Source: Candidatus Pacearchaeota archaeon (GTDB lineage: Archaea; Nanobdellota; Nanobdellia; Pacearchaeales; GW2011-AR1). Taken from it: a stretch of 64,000 bases of DNA. The DNA lies in assembly GCA_050303855.1 (NCBI GenBank), contig JBNLCO010000010.1, positions 124,093 to 188,092 of the forward strand. Direction: 5' to 3'. The position numbers and the translations under genes are program-made. Numbering within the stretch: position 1 is the stretch's first letter; every line of letters begins with the position of its first letter. Positions 7,873-15,743 of this stretch are shown here, in pieces. The notes beneath the pieces are model-generated. The model made no database searches, was not told the DNA's origin, and worked only from the letters and a program-made list of their open reading frames with translations.

Positions 7873-8565
7873 ATGGAAGAAAAACAAACTGTAAAATTCA
7901 AGAAGGAAGACTTTGCTATAAAGGAAATCATAAGAAAGACAATTGGAAAGGGAAAGATGAGCAGAGTTAGAATTGAATATACTCCGGTTGGAGAAAAAGT
8001 AATAATCTCCACAGATAAACCAGGTTTGGTTATTGGAAGGGGTGGAGAGAGTTTGAACGAATTAAGTGATATGCTTAGAAAGAATTTCAAATTCCAAAAT
8101 TTACATATTGAAATTGAAGAAATAAAAGAACCTGAATTTGACTCTCAAACTATTGCAGATGAGATTGCTTTAGGTTTAGAGAGAGCTGGACCATTAAAGT
8201 TCAAGGTTATTGCTTACAGAACACTTGAGAAAGTGATGAAAGCGGGAGCATTAGGTTGTGAAATAAGATTAAGCGGAAAACTTCCAAGTTCAAGAGCTAA
8301 GACATGGAGATTCGCTCAAGGATATTTAAAGAAAACAGGAGACTCTGCAAAGGTTGTAAGTCGTGCTCAAGCAAGAGCTGAGACTAAGCCGGGAACTGTG
8401 GGAGTTAAGGTTAGTATATTATCACCGCATGCAATATTGAAAGATAGAATAAAGATCAACGAAGATTTGATAAACCAGTTGAAAGAAAACGCTGAAAAAT
8501 TAAATGAAGTTCCAGAGAAGAAAACTAAGAAAAAAGCTAAGACTGCTAAGGAGAGTAAAAAATGA
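7873..8565 (+). CDS. rps3: 30S ribosomal protein uS3
   Basis: The track ORF starts at 7744, inside uL22. The in-frame ATG at 7873 (TAA-A-ATG junction) gives MEEKQTVKFKKEDFAIKEIIRK... with the KH-domain motif LVIGRGGESL. Confidence 0.9.
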   Translation: MEEKQTVKFKKEDFAIKEIIRKTIGKGKMSRVRIEYTPVGEKVIISTDKPGLVIGRGGESLNELSDMLRKNFKFQNLHIEIEEIKEPEFDSQTIADEIALGLERAGPLKFKVIAYRTLEKVMKAGALGCEIRLSGKLPSSRAKTWRFAQGYLKKTGDSAKVVSRAQARAETKPGTVGVKVSILSPHAILKDRIKINEDLINQLKENAEKLNEVPEKKTKKKAKTAKESKK

Positions 8566-8756
8566 AACACTCAGAAGTAAAGAAATTAAGTAAGACAGAC
8601 AGAGATAAGAAATTAAAAGAACTAAAGTTGGAATTAGTTAAAGAAAACGTATCAAAGCAAGGCGGAAATAAATCTGCTAAAATAAGAAAAATAATCGCAA
8701 GAATACACACACTCAACAACATGGAAAATAAACCCAAGGAGTTGAATAACAAATAA
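8562..8756 (+). CDS. rpl29: 50S ribosomal protein uL29
   Basis: 64 aa, MKHSEVKKLSKTDRDKKLKELKLELVK...; ATGA overlap with uS3. Confidence 0.9.
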   Translation: MKHSEVKKLSKTDRDKKLKELKLELVKENVSKQGGNKSAKIRKIIARIHTLNNMENKPKELNNK

Positions 8757-8760
8757 AACA

Positions 8761-9060
8761 ATGGAAATAGATCCAAAAACAGGATTGCCAGTTCAGGCAA
8801 TGGAGTGGGAAGACCTTGCAAAGGGTTCCCAAAAAATACGGGTAACGACCGATAAAAAAAGATACGGAAAGATCGTTACTCTAGTGAGTGGTTTCGACAA
8901 AGGAATCGACATAAAGAAAACCGCAAAGGCATTGAAGAATGAACTTGCGTGTGGCGGGACCTTTAAGGACGATGCAGTTGAACTGCAAGGAGACCACACA
9001 AAGAAAGTAAAGCAAGTCCTTGTAAAAATGGGATTTGACGAAAGCTCCATAGAAGACTGA
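8761..9060 (+). CDS. translation initiation factor SUI1 (aSUI1/eIF1 family)
   Basis: 99 aa, ...IRVTTDKKRYGKIVTLVSGFD...LKNELACGGTFKDDAVELQGDH... is the typical SUI1 core. Confidence 0.9.
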   Translation: MEIDPKTGLPVQAMEWEDLAKGSQKIRVTTDKKRYGKIVTLVSGFDKGIDIKKTAKALKNELACGGTFKDDAVELQGDHTKKVKQVLVKMGFDESSIED

Positions 9061-9078
9061 AGAGGTGAAAAATAAAAA

Positions 9079-9423
9079 ATGGAAAGTAAGAAAATGAAAA
9101 AAACAGAAGTAAAAGAATCAAAAATAGTTGGAACTGAAAAGAGTATAAACCCAAGAGGAAAGATCTTCGAGGGAGTTGTAACAGCAAAGTTCCACAAGAG
9201 AATAACAATCGAATTCGAAAGAATGGTTTATATTAGAAAGTATGAAAGATATGCAAAGTCGAAGACAAAAATCCATGCAAGACTCCCAGTTTCAATGGAA
9301 AACGAAGTTAATGTTGGAGATTTGATAAGAGTTCAAGAGTGTAGACCTTTAAGTAAGATAATCCATTTCATCGTGGTTAAGAAATTAAAAGATGCTTCAG
9401 AAATTTTAGGAGGAAAGAAATAA
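9079..9423 (+). CDS. rps17: 30S ribosomal protein uS17
   Basis: Contains ...RGKIFEGVVTAKFHKRITIEFERMVYIRKYERYAKSKTKIHA...VGDLIRVQECRPLSK... Confidence 0.92.
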   Translation: MESKKMKKTEVKESKIVGTEKSINPRGKIFEGVVTAKFHKRITIEFERMVYIRKYERYAKSKTKIHARLPVSMENEVNVGDLIRVQECRPLSKIIHFIVVKKLKDASEILGGKK

Positions 9424-9424
9424 G

Positions 9425-9826
9425 ATGAAAGCAATAAGTTCAAGAGCTACAGAAGGATTGAATTTGGGGGCAATAATGGTTGCTGCAGACAATAGTGGGG
9501 CTAAAGTTGTAAAATTAGTTTCGGTTAAGAAAGCTAAAGCTAAGAAGGGAAAACAAGTTGCTGGAAAGATTGCTGACTGGGTTAAAGTATCCGTAAGAAA
9601 AGGTGTTCCAGATATGAAAGGAAAAGTGTTTGATGCAGTAATAGTTAGACAGAAAAAACCATGGAGAAGGAATACGGGGGAGAGAGTTGCATTTGAAGAT
9701 AACGCTGTTGCAATCTTGAAAGACGATAAAGGTAATCCGAAAGGAACTCAAATTAAAGGACCAATTGCAAGGGAGGTTCAGGAGCGATGGCAATCTGTTG
9801 CTAAAATAGCTCAAACTGTTTATTAA
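9425..9826 (+). CDS. rpl14: 50S ribosomal protein uL14
   Basis: Contains ...MVAADNSGAKVVKLVSV...DAVIVRQKKPWRR... Confidence 0.95.
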   Translation: MKAISSRATEGLNLGAIMVAADNSGAKVVKLVSVKKAKAKKGKQVAGKIADWVKVSVRKGVPDMKGKVFDAVIVRQKKPWRRNTGERVAFEDNAVAILKDDKGNPKGTQIKGPIAREVQERWQSVAKIAQTVY

Positions 9827-9827
9827 A

Positions 9828-10325
9828 ATGAAGAACAAATTTTCAACAAAATGGAAGGCAAGTAAGAGACCTTCAAAGCAGAGAAAGTATTTAGCAAATG
9901 CTCCTTTACATATAAAGGCAAAACTAGTTAGCGTAAATCTTGCAAAACCTCTTAGAAAGACTTCAGAAAAGAGAAATGTTCCAGTAAGAAAGGATGACAA
10001 GGTAAAGATTATGAGAGGTAAATTCAAAGGGAAAGAAGGAAAGGTTTTGAGTGTAAGTACAAAATATTCAAAAGTAATTGTCGAAGGAATAACAATCAAG
10101 AAAATGGATGGTTCACAAGCAAATGTTCCATTAAAACCTTCAAACTTACAGATAATTGAGATGACAGATAGAAAACAAAAAGCAGTTTCTGAGAAGAAGA
10201 CTGAAGTAAAAAAAAGAGTCTCTGAAACAAAGTCTCAGGACTCATCCGCTGTAGCGACGTCGAACGAAACACCTAAAAAGGAAGTTAAAGAAGTAAAAGA
10301 TAAAGGTAAGGAGAATAAAAAATGA
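9828..10325 (+). CDS. rpl24: 50S ribosomal protein uL24 with a C-terminal K/E/S-rich tail
   Basis: KOW motif VRKDDKVKIMRGKFKGKEGKVLSV. The tail is ...EKKTEVKKRVSETKSQDSSAVATSNETPKKEVKEVKDKGKENKK. Confidence 0.92.
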   Translation: MKNKFSTKWKASKRPSKQRKYLANAPLHIKAKLVSVNLAKPLRKTSEKRNVPVRKDDKVKIMRGKFKGKEGKVLSVSTKYSKVIVEGITIKKMDGSQANVPLKPSNLQIIEMTDRKQKAVSEKKTEVKKRVSETKSQDSSAVATSNETPKKEVKEVKDKGKENKK

Positions 10326-10972
10326 AACATCTAAAGAGAGAAGTAGTACCAAAGAGTTGGCCAGTTCCAAGGAAAGGAACAACTTTTGTAGTTAGATCTA
10401 ACTCAAATCCTGAAAAGGGTGTTCCAATGTTGATATTCCTTAGAGATATGGTAAAGGTTTCTCAAAATAGAAAAGAAGTGAAGAGAGCTTTAGTTAACAA
10501 GAATATTCTAATTAATGGAAAATACGTTTCAGATGAGAAAAACGCAGTTGTATTACTTGATGTTGTTACAATTGTTCCATCAAAGAAATATTTCGTTCTT
10601 GATTTAACAGAAAACGGAAAGTTCGTTGCTAGAGAAATATCTGAGAAAGAGTCAATGAATAAAGTTTCAAAGATTACCGGAAAGAAATCTCTAAGAGGGA
10701 AGAAAACTCAAATTAATTTGATAGACGGAAGAAATTTCATCTCAAATGTAAAATGTGTAGTAGGAGATTCTGTTTTGATTGATTTCAAAGGAAATAAAAT
10801 TGAGAAATGTGTTCCATTGAAAGATAAAGCGAAAGTAATTATTTTTGCAGGAAAACACGCAGGAATGAAAGGAGAAATAGAAAAGATTGACGAGGAAAGA
10901 AAGATGGCTTCAGTGTCTTCAAATGGAGAAAAAATAAATGTTCTTGTTGAACAACTAATGGTAACAGAATAA
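10322..10972 (+). CDS. rps4e: 30S ribosomal protein eS4
   Basis: MKHLKREVVPKSWPVPRKGTTFVVRS...; an archaeal/eukaryotic-specific r-protein. Confidence 0.93.
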   Translation: MKHLKREVVPKSWPVPRKGTTFVVRSNSNPEKGVPMLIFLRDMVKVSQNRKEVKRALVNKNILINGKYVSDEKNAVVLLDVVTIVPSKKYFVLDLTENGKFVAREISEKESMNKVSKITGKKSLRGKKTQINLIDGRNFISNVKCVVGDSVLIDFKGNKIEKCVPLKDKAKVIIFAGKHAGMKGEIEKIDEERKMASVSSNGEKINVLVEQLMVTE

Positions 10973-10973
10973 A

Positions 10974-11492
10974 ATGGCAGAAGAAAAAACTGAAAAAGTA
11001 AACCCTATGAATGAGGTTAAAATTGAAAAGGTAGTTTTAAGCATAGGTGGGACTGGAGATTATTTGGATAGAGGTTACAGATTGTTGAAATATCTTACAG
11101 GAAAGAATCCTATGAAGACAAAGGCTCAGAAAAGAATTCCAGCATGGGGGGTTAGACCTGGTTTGGAAGTTGGAGCAACAGTAACATTAAGGAAAGATGC
11201 TATTGATTTTTTGAAGAGAATGTTGGTTACAATAGATAATAACTTGAAAAAGAAGCAAGTAAGTGAAAATAGTCTTTCATTTGGAATAAAAGAGTATATT
11301 GAAATACCTGATGTAGAATATCAAAGGGATATCGGTATAATGGGGTTCGATGTAACAATAACATTTAAGAGATCAGGAAGAAGAGTTAAATTAAGAAAGA
11401 TAAAATCTGGAAAAGTTGGAAAAAAACAGATTATAAAGAAGGAAGAAATAGTAAAATATATGGAGGATAATTTCGGAACGGAATTTATATAA
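10974..11492 (+). CDS. rpl5: 50S ribosomal protein uL5
   Basis: Contains ...NPMNEVKIEKVVLSIGGTG...FGIKEYIEIPDVEYQRDIGIMGFDVTI... Confidence 0.93.
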   Translation: MAEEKTEKVNPMNEVKIEKVVLSIGGTGDYLDRGYRLLKYLTGKNPMKTKAQKRIPAWGVRPGLEVGATVTLRKDAIDFLKRMLVTIDNNLKKKQVSENSLSFGIKEYIEIPDVEYQRDIGIMGFDVTITFKRSGRRVKLRKIKSGKVGKKQIIKKEEIVKYMEDNFGTEFI

Positions 11493-11493
11493 A

Positions 11494-11760
11494 ATGGCAA
11501 ATAAAATAACTTTAAAGAATAGGGAGAAATTGAGGGAAGAGCTTGAGAAGTTAGTTGTACAAGTTGATGAGATAAACGACTTCATGGGGCAGTTACCTCA
11601 TAACAATCATGGGCAGGCAACTAGGAGCTTAAACCCTAAGAAAGGTGAATATTTAAGTCACTTTGATGGAAATAGCGAAGGCATAGTTGGAAAATATCGT
11701 TCAAAAAATGGAGAGGTTTATACTATTAGCGTATCAAAAGAATACGGAGGTGGAAAATAA
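11494..11760 (+). CDS. ORFan D (88 aa) inserted between uL5 and uS14; no family recognised
   Basis: TAA-A-ATG junctions on both sides. N-terminal helical K/E segment, then PHNNHGQ and a C-terminal EYGGGK. Confidence 0.6.
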   Translation: MANKITLKNREKLREELEKLVVQVDEINDFMGQLPHNNHGQATRSLNPKKGEYLSHFDGNSEGIVGKYRSKNGEVYTISVSKEYGGGK

Positions 11761-11761
11761 A

Positions 11762-11992
11762 ATGACAGCAAGCAATTACGAAAAGATGTTGAAGCAATTA
11801 AGAAGCAAACCTGCAAAGATGCAGAGATACTTGAAGCACAATAAGCCAAAAACTAGAACTACTGGTAAGGCTTTGAGAAGATGTGAACAGACGGGACAAT
11901 TCGGAGGACACATAAAAATGTACGGATTGAACTTATGTAGACAGGCATTCAGAGAAATAGCGGAGGAATTAGGATTTAAGAAATACTCTTAA
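11762..11992 (+). CDS. rps14: 30S ribosomal protein uS14, a variant lacking two of the four zinc-ribbon cysteines
   Basis: The track ORF starts at 11687, inside ORFan D. The ATG at 11762 gives MTASNYEKMLKQLRSKPAK...RRCEQTGQFGGHIKMYGLNLCRQAFREIAEELGFKKYS. Confidence 0.88.
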   Translation: MTASNYEKMLKQLRSKPAKMQRYLKHNKPKTRTTGKALRRCEQTGQFGGHIKMYGLNLCRQAFREIAEELGFKKYS

Positions 11993-12006
11993 ATTGCAAA
12001 AGTAAA

Positions 12007-12387
12007 ATGAGTCACGATGTTGTAGCAGATGGATTGAATATGTTGAGAAATGCAGCTGTAGCTGGAAAAGAAACCGTGAAGATAAATAGAATCTCAAATG
12101 TTTTGATAGAAGTTCTTAAAATAATGAAGCAAGATGGAGCAATAAAGAAATATAAAATAGATTCTGAAGATAAATCTCTTACAGTTACAATAGACAAATT
12201 AGATGAATGTAAGGCAATAAAACCAAGATTCACTTGTGATGTTTCGCAAATAGAGAACTATAGAAGAAGATATCTTCCAGCAAGAGATGTTGGAACAATG
12301 ATACTTTCTACAAACAAAGGGTTAATGACTCACAAAGAGGCAACAGAAGAAAATATTGGAGGATGCCTAATTGCATATTTCTATTAA
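12007..12387 (+). CDS. rps8: 30S ribosomal protein uS8
   Basis: MSHDVVADGLNMLRNAAVAGKETV...GGCLIAYFY. Confidence 0.93.
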   Translation: MSHDVVADGLNMLRNAAVAGKETVKINRISNVLIEVLKIMKQDGAIKKYKIDSEDKSLTVTIDKLDECKAIKPRFTCDVSQIENYRRRYLPARDVGTMILSTNKGLMTHKEATEENIGGCLIAYFY

Positions 12388-12388
12388 A

Positions 12389-12931
12389 ATGAAAAAACCT
12401 TTATCAAAAATAATTGAAATTCCTGAAGGAGTGGAAGTTGCTCTAGATGGAAGAGATGTTAAGGTAAAAGGCCCAGAAGGAGAGATAACTAAAGATTTTG
12501 ATTTTGGGACTTTAGATATTGTTATCAAAGATGGAAAGATAGAATTAAGCCATAAAAGTGCAACAAAGACTGAAAAGAGAACAATGAATACTTTTGCAGC
12601 GCATATACTAAACATGATTAAAGGTGTTCAAGAGAAATTCGAATATACGCTTAAGGTTGCTTCAAGCCACTTCCCTATGACTGTGAAGGTAGAAGGAAAC
12701 ATTGCAACAATAAAGAATTATTACGGAGAAAAAACTGATAGAAAAACAAAAATTCCGAAAGGAGTTGAGGTAGAAGTTAACAAAGATTCAATTGTTGTTA
12801 AGTCTGTTGATAAAGAACTTGCAGGTCAGGCTGCAGCAAATTTCGAGAACGCTACAAAAGTTAGAAATAGGGATAGAAGAATTTTCCAAGATGGAATTTA
12901 CATAACTAAAAAACACGATAAAGCTATTTAA
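12389..12931 (+). CDS. rpl6: 50S ribosomal protein uL6
   Basis: The track start at 12371 is a TTG inside uS8. The ATG at 12389 (TAA-A-ATG) gives MKKPLSKIIEIPEGVEVALDGRDVKVKGPEGE... Confidence 0.92.
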   Translation: MKKPLSKIIEIPEGVEVALDGRDVKVKGPEGEITKDFDFGTLDIVIKDGKIELSHKSATKTEKRTMNTFAAHILNMIKGVQEKFEYTLKVASSHFPMTVKVEGNIATIKNYYGEKTDRKTKIPKGVEVEVNKDSIVVKSVDKELAGQAAANFENATKVRNRDRRIFQDGIYITKKHDKAI

Positions 12932-12936
12932 TTAAA

Positions 12937-13341
12937 ATGACCGAAAAGAAAAAACCAAATTTCAAGAGAAAGGACTCACACAAGTATTCTAAGCTTGGAA
13001 AGTCAAGAAAGAATAAACAGAAGTGGAAGAAACCTACTGGAAGAGATAACAAAATGCGTGAGAAGAAGAAGGGTCATCCAGCGGTTGTTTCAATAGGGTA
13101 TAAGACAAACACTTCAATAAGAGGAAAAGTGGAAGAAAAGAAACCAGTTTATGTTTACAACATCAAGGATTTGGAAAATGTAAACACAAATGAAATTGTA
13201 ATTGTTGGAAATGTTGGGATGAAGAAGAAAGTAGAAATTACAAAGGTTGCAAAAGAAAAGAAAATCAAAATAAAAAACATTAATGAGAAAAAATTAATGA
13301 AGAAAGTTAAGAAAAAAACAACTAAGGAGAGTAAAAAATGA
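12937..13341 (+). CDS. rpl32e: 50S ribosomal protein eL32
   Basis: Contains ...KQKWKKPTGRDNKMREKKKGHPAVVSIGYK... Confidence 0.9.
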   Translation: MTEKKKPNFKRKDSHKYSKLGKSRKNKQKWKKPTGRDNKMREKKKGHPAVVSIGYKTNTSIRGKVEEKKPVYVYNIKDLENVNTNEIVIVGNVGMKKKVEITKVAKEKKIKIKNINEKKLMKKVKKKTTKESKK

Positions 13342-13805
13342 ATTTGAGATCAAAGAAGGAGCTAGCTGCAAGAACATTCAAGGTTGGTAAAGAAAGAATT
13401 ACTTTCATTAAAGAAAGATTGGATGAAGTAAAAGAAGCTATAACTAAACAAGATATGATTGGTTTGGAGAAAGACGGAGCAATAAAGGTAAAGGAAGTAA
13501 GTGGGAGAAAGAAGGTACATACTGTAAGAAATAGAAGCCCAGGGAACGTAAGAAAGAAGGTTAACACTAGAAAAAGGGACTATGTTATCATGACTAGAAA
13601 GCTTAGACAACACGTTAGACACCTTAAATCCAATGGAGAATTAAGCCCTGAAGAAGTTAAAGAAATAAGAAAAAGAATAAGAAACAAAGGATTTAAGAGT
13701 AAAGCACATATGAAAGAACAGATAGCAACAAAGAATTATTCCTCTGTTCAAGTATCAGGAAAATCAAAAAATAAAAAAACTAAATCAAGTAAAAAGAAAA
13801 AATGA
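13338..13805 (+). CDS. rpl19e: 50S ribosomal protein eL19
   Basis: MNLRSKKELAARTFKVGKERITF...; ATGA overlaps at both ends. Confidence 0.92.
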   Translation: MNLRSKKELAARTFKVGKERITFIKERLDEVKEAITKQDMIGLEKDGAIKVKEVSGRKKVHTVRNRSPGNVRKKVNTRKRDYVIMTRKLRQHVRHLKSNGELSPEEVKEIRKRIRNKGFKSKAHMKEQIATKNYSSVQVSGKSKNKKTKSSKKKK

Positions 13806-14290
13806 AAGTACAAAAACGAAGAAGAAGAGAAAATAAGACAGACTATCTTAAGAGAATGAAGCTTCTTAAGAGCGCAAAGCCAAGAGTAGTATTCAGAAAA
13901 ACAAACAAATATGTTATTGCGCAATATGTTGTTAGTGATGAAGCTAAAGATAAAGTTGTATTTGGAGTAAGTTCAAAAGATTTGTTAAAGAAAGGTTGGG
14001 ATGAAAATGCTAAAGGATCTTTGAAGTCAATACCTGCAACATATTTAACAGGGTATTATGCTGGTAAAAAAATCTTGAAAGAAGGGCTTGAAACTCCAAT
14101 AGTGGATTTAGGTATGATAAAAACTTTACATAAAACAAAGGTTTTTGCTTTTATCAAAGGTTTAATTGATTCTGGAGTAGAAATTGGATCAAAAGAAGAA
14201 GCATTCCCTGAAGAAGAAAGAATAAATGGAGAAAGTTTAAAGAACAAGGTAGACATTCAAAAAATTAAATCAAGTTTAGATAAAGAATAA
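13802..14290 (+). CDS. rpl18: 50S ribosomal protein uL18
   Basis: MKVQKRRRRENKTDYLKRMKLLKSAKPRVVFRKTNKYVIAQYV... Confidence 0.92.
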   Translation: MKVQKRRRRENKTDYLKRMKLLKSAKPRVVFRKTNKYVIAQYVVSDEAKDKVVFGVSSKDLLKKGWDENAKGSLKSIPATYLTGYYAGKKILKEGLETPIVDLGMIKTLHKTKVFAFIKGLIDSGVEIGSKEEAFPEEERINGESLKNKVDIQKIKSSLDKE

Positions 14291-14291
14291 A

Positions 14292-15158
14292 ATGACCGAA
14301 AAAGAACTTAATAAAAAAACTGCAGAAGCATACAAAGATAATTTGAATACTGACGCGGAAGAAGCTACAGAGAAAATGATAAAGGATGAAGAAAATGATG
14401 AATATGCAGAAGTTCCTGAAGAAGTTTTAGATGAGAAAGAACTTAAGGAATTAAAAGAGATGGAAAAGGACACTAAGAAGCCTGGAAGGGACAGAAGAGA
14501 TAGCGCTCCTGCAGAAGCATGGTCTCCTATTACAAAGTTAGGGGTTGCTGTAAAAGAAGGAACAATCAAAGATATTGATGAAATTATTGAGAAAAAAATG
14601 AAGATCCTTGAACCAGAAATAGTTGATAAATTAATACCTGTTGAATCAGATTTAATTTCTATAGGGCAATCTAAAGGTAAGTTTGGTGGTGGAAAAAGGA
14701 GAGCATGGAGACAGACTCAAAGAAAAAAGAAGGAAGGAAATGTTGCTACATTCTCAGCTATGGCCGTTATTGGCGATGGTAATGGTCATGTGGGTATTGG
14801 AACAGGAAAGTCTACAGAGACTCTTCCAGCAAGAGATAAAGCTACAAGAAAAGCTAAAATTAATGTAATAAAAATTATTAGGGGGGATGGAAGTTTCGAT
14901 TCTGTTGGAGGAGGAAATACAAGTATTCCATTCAAAGTTTCAGGTCAAGCAGGAAGTGTAAGAATTACTTTAATGCCTGCTGCTCCAGGTACAGGTCTTG
15001 TTGCAGGGGATGAAATGAAGAAGATACTTAGAATTGCAGGAATAAAAGATATATACTCAAAAACAGAAGGAAAATTGTCTACAAAGTTTAACCTTGCAAA
15101 AGCAACAATAGATGCACTTAAGAAAACAAATCCTTTGTATAAGAGGGCAAAACAATAA
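14292..15158 (+). CDS. rps5: 30S ribosomal protein uS5 with an acidic N-terminal extension of about 75 aa
   Basis: Core ...AWSPITKLGVAVKEGTI...FSAMAVIGDGNGHVGIGTGKS..., preceded by MTEKELNKKTAEAYKDNLNTDAEEATEKMIKDEENDEYAEVPEEVLDEKELKELKEMEKD. Confidence 0.92.
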   Translation: MTEKELNKKTAEAYKDNLNTDAEEATEKMIKDEENDEYAEVPEEVLDEKELKELKEMEKDTKKPGRDRRDSAPAEAWSPITKLGVAVKEGTIKDIDEIIEKKMKILEPEIVDKLIPVESDLISIGQSKGKFGGGKRRAWRQTQRKKKEGNVATFSAMAVIGDGNGHVGIGTGKSTETLPARDKATRKAKINVIKIIRGDGSFDSVGGGNTSIPFKVSGQAGSVRITLMPAAPGTGLVAGDEMKKILRIAGIKDIYSKTEGKLSTKFNLAKATIDALKKTNPLYKRAKQ

Positions 15159-15159
15159 A

Positions 15160-15522
15160 ATGAAAATCGCAGTAATAAGGATAAAAGGAATGGTTGGACT
15201 AAAAACAGACATAGCTGAGACTTTGGATAGATTAAGATTGAGAAGAAAATATGCGTGTGTGGTTATAGAAGATACACCAGAGAATTTAGGAATGATAAAG
15301 AAGGTTGGAGACTTTGTTGCACATGGCCCTATTGATGAAAAAACCTACAAAGAATTAGTTGATAAGAGAGGAAAGAAAGATTCTGAAGGCAAACTTAAAC
15401 CATTCTTTAGATTGCACCCTGCTAGAGGCGGAATGGAAACTAAAAAACACTTTGGAGTGGGTAAAGGAGTTTTAGGAAATAATAAAGATAAAATAAATGA
15501 ATTAATAGGGAGGATGTTGTGA
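15160..15522 (+). CDS. rpl30: 50S ribosomal protein uL30
   Basis: The track ORF starts at 15112, inside uS5. The ATG at 15160 (TAA-A-ATG) gives MKIAVIRIKGMVGLKTDIAETLDRLRLRRKYACVVI... Confidence 0.9.
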   Translation: MKIAVIRIKGMVGLKTDIAETLDRLRLRRKYACVVIEDTPENLGMIKKVGDFVAHGPIDEKTYKELVDKRGKKDSEGKLKPFFRLHPARGGMETKKHFGVGKGVLGNNKDKINELIGRML

Positions 15523-15523
15523 A

Positions 15524-15742
15524 GTGTCCGAGTACTATAAGGGCAAAAAAATTAATGGCGAGCTTATTTGCGGAGTGAGTGATCAGGGAAACTACAATCC
15601 TATAATTACAACCGTTTCAAAGTCAGAGGACGAGAATTTAAGGAATACTTATGTTCTCAAAGAAGACATCCTTGAGTTTGTCAAGGCCGATCCGCTAACA
15701 GACAAACAAGCTAGAAATTACATAAACAAATCAAAAAGATAA
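15524..15742 (+). CDS. ORFan E (72 aa, GTG start) inserted between uL30 and uL15; no family recognised
   Basis: TGA-A-GTG junction upstream and TAA-A-ATG downstream. Sequence MSEYYKGKKINGELICGVSDQGNYNPIITTVSK... Confidence 0.5.
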   Translation: MSEYYKGKKINGELICGVSDQGNYNPIITTVSKSEDENLRNTYVLKEDILEFVKADPLTDKQARNYINKSKR

Positions 15743-15743
15743 A

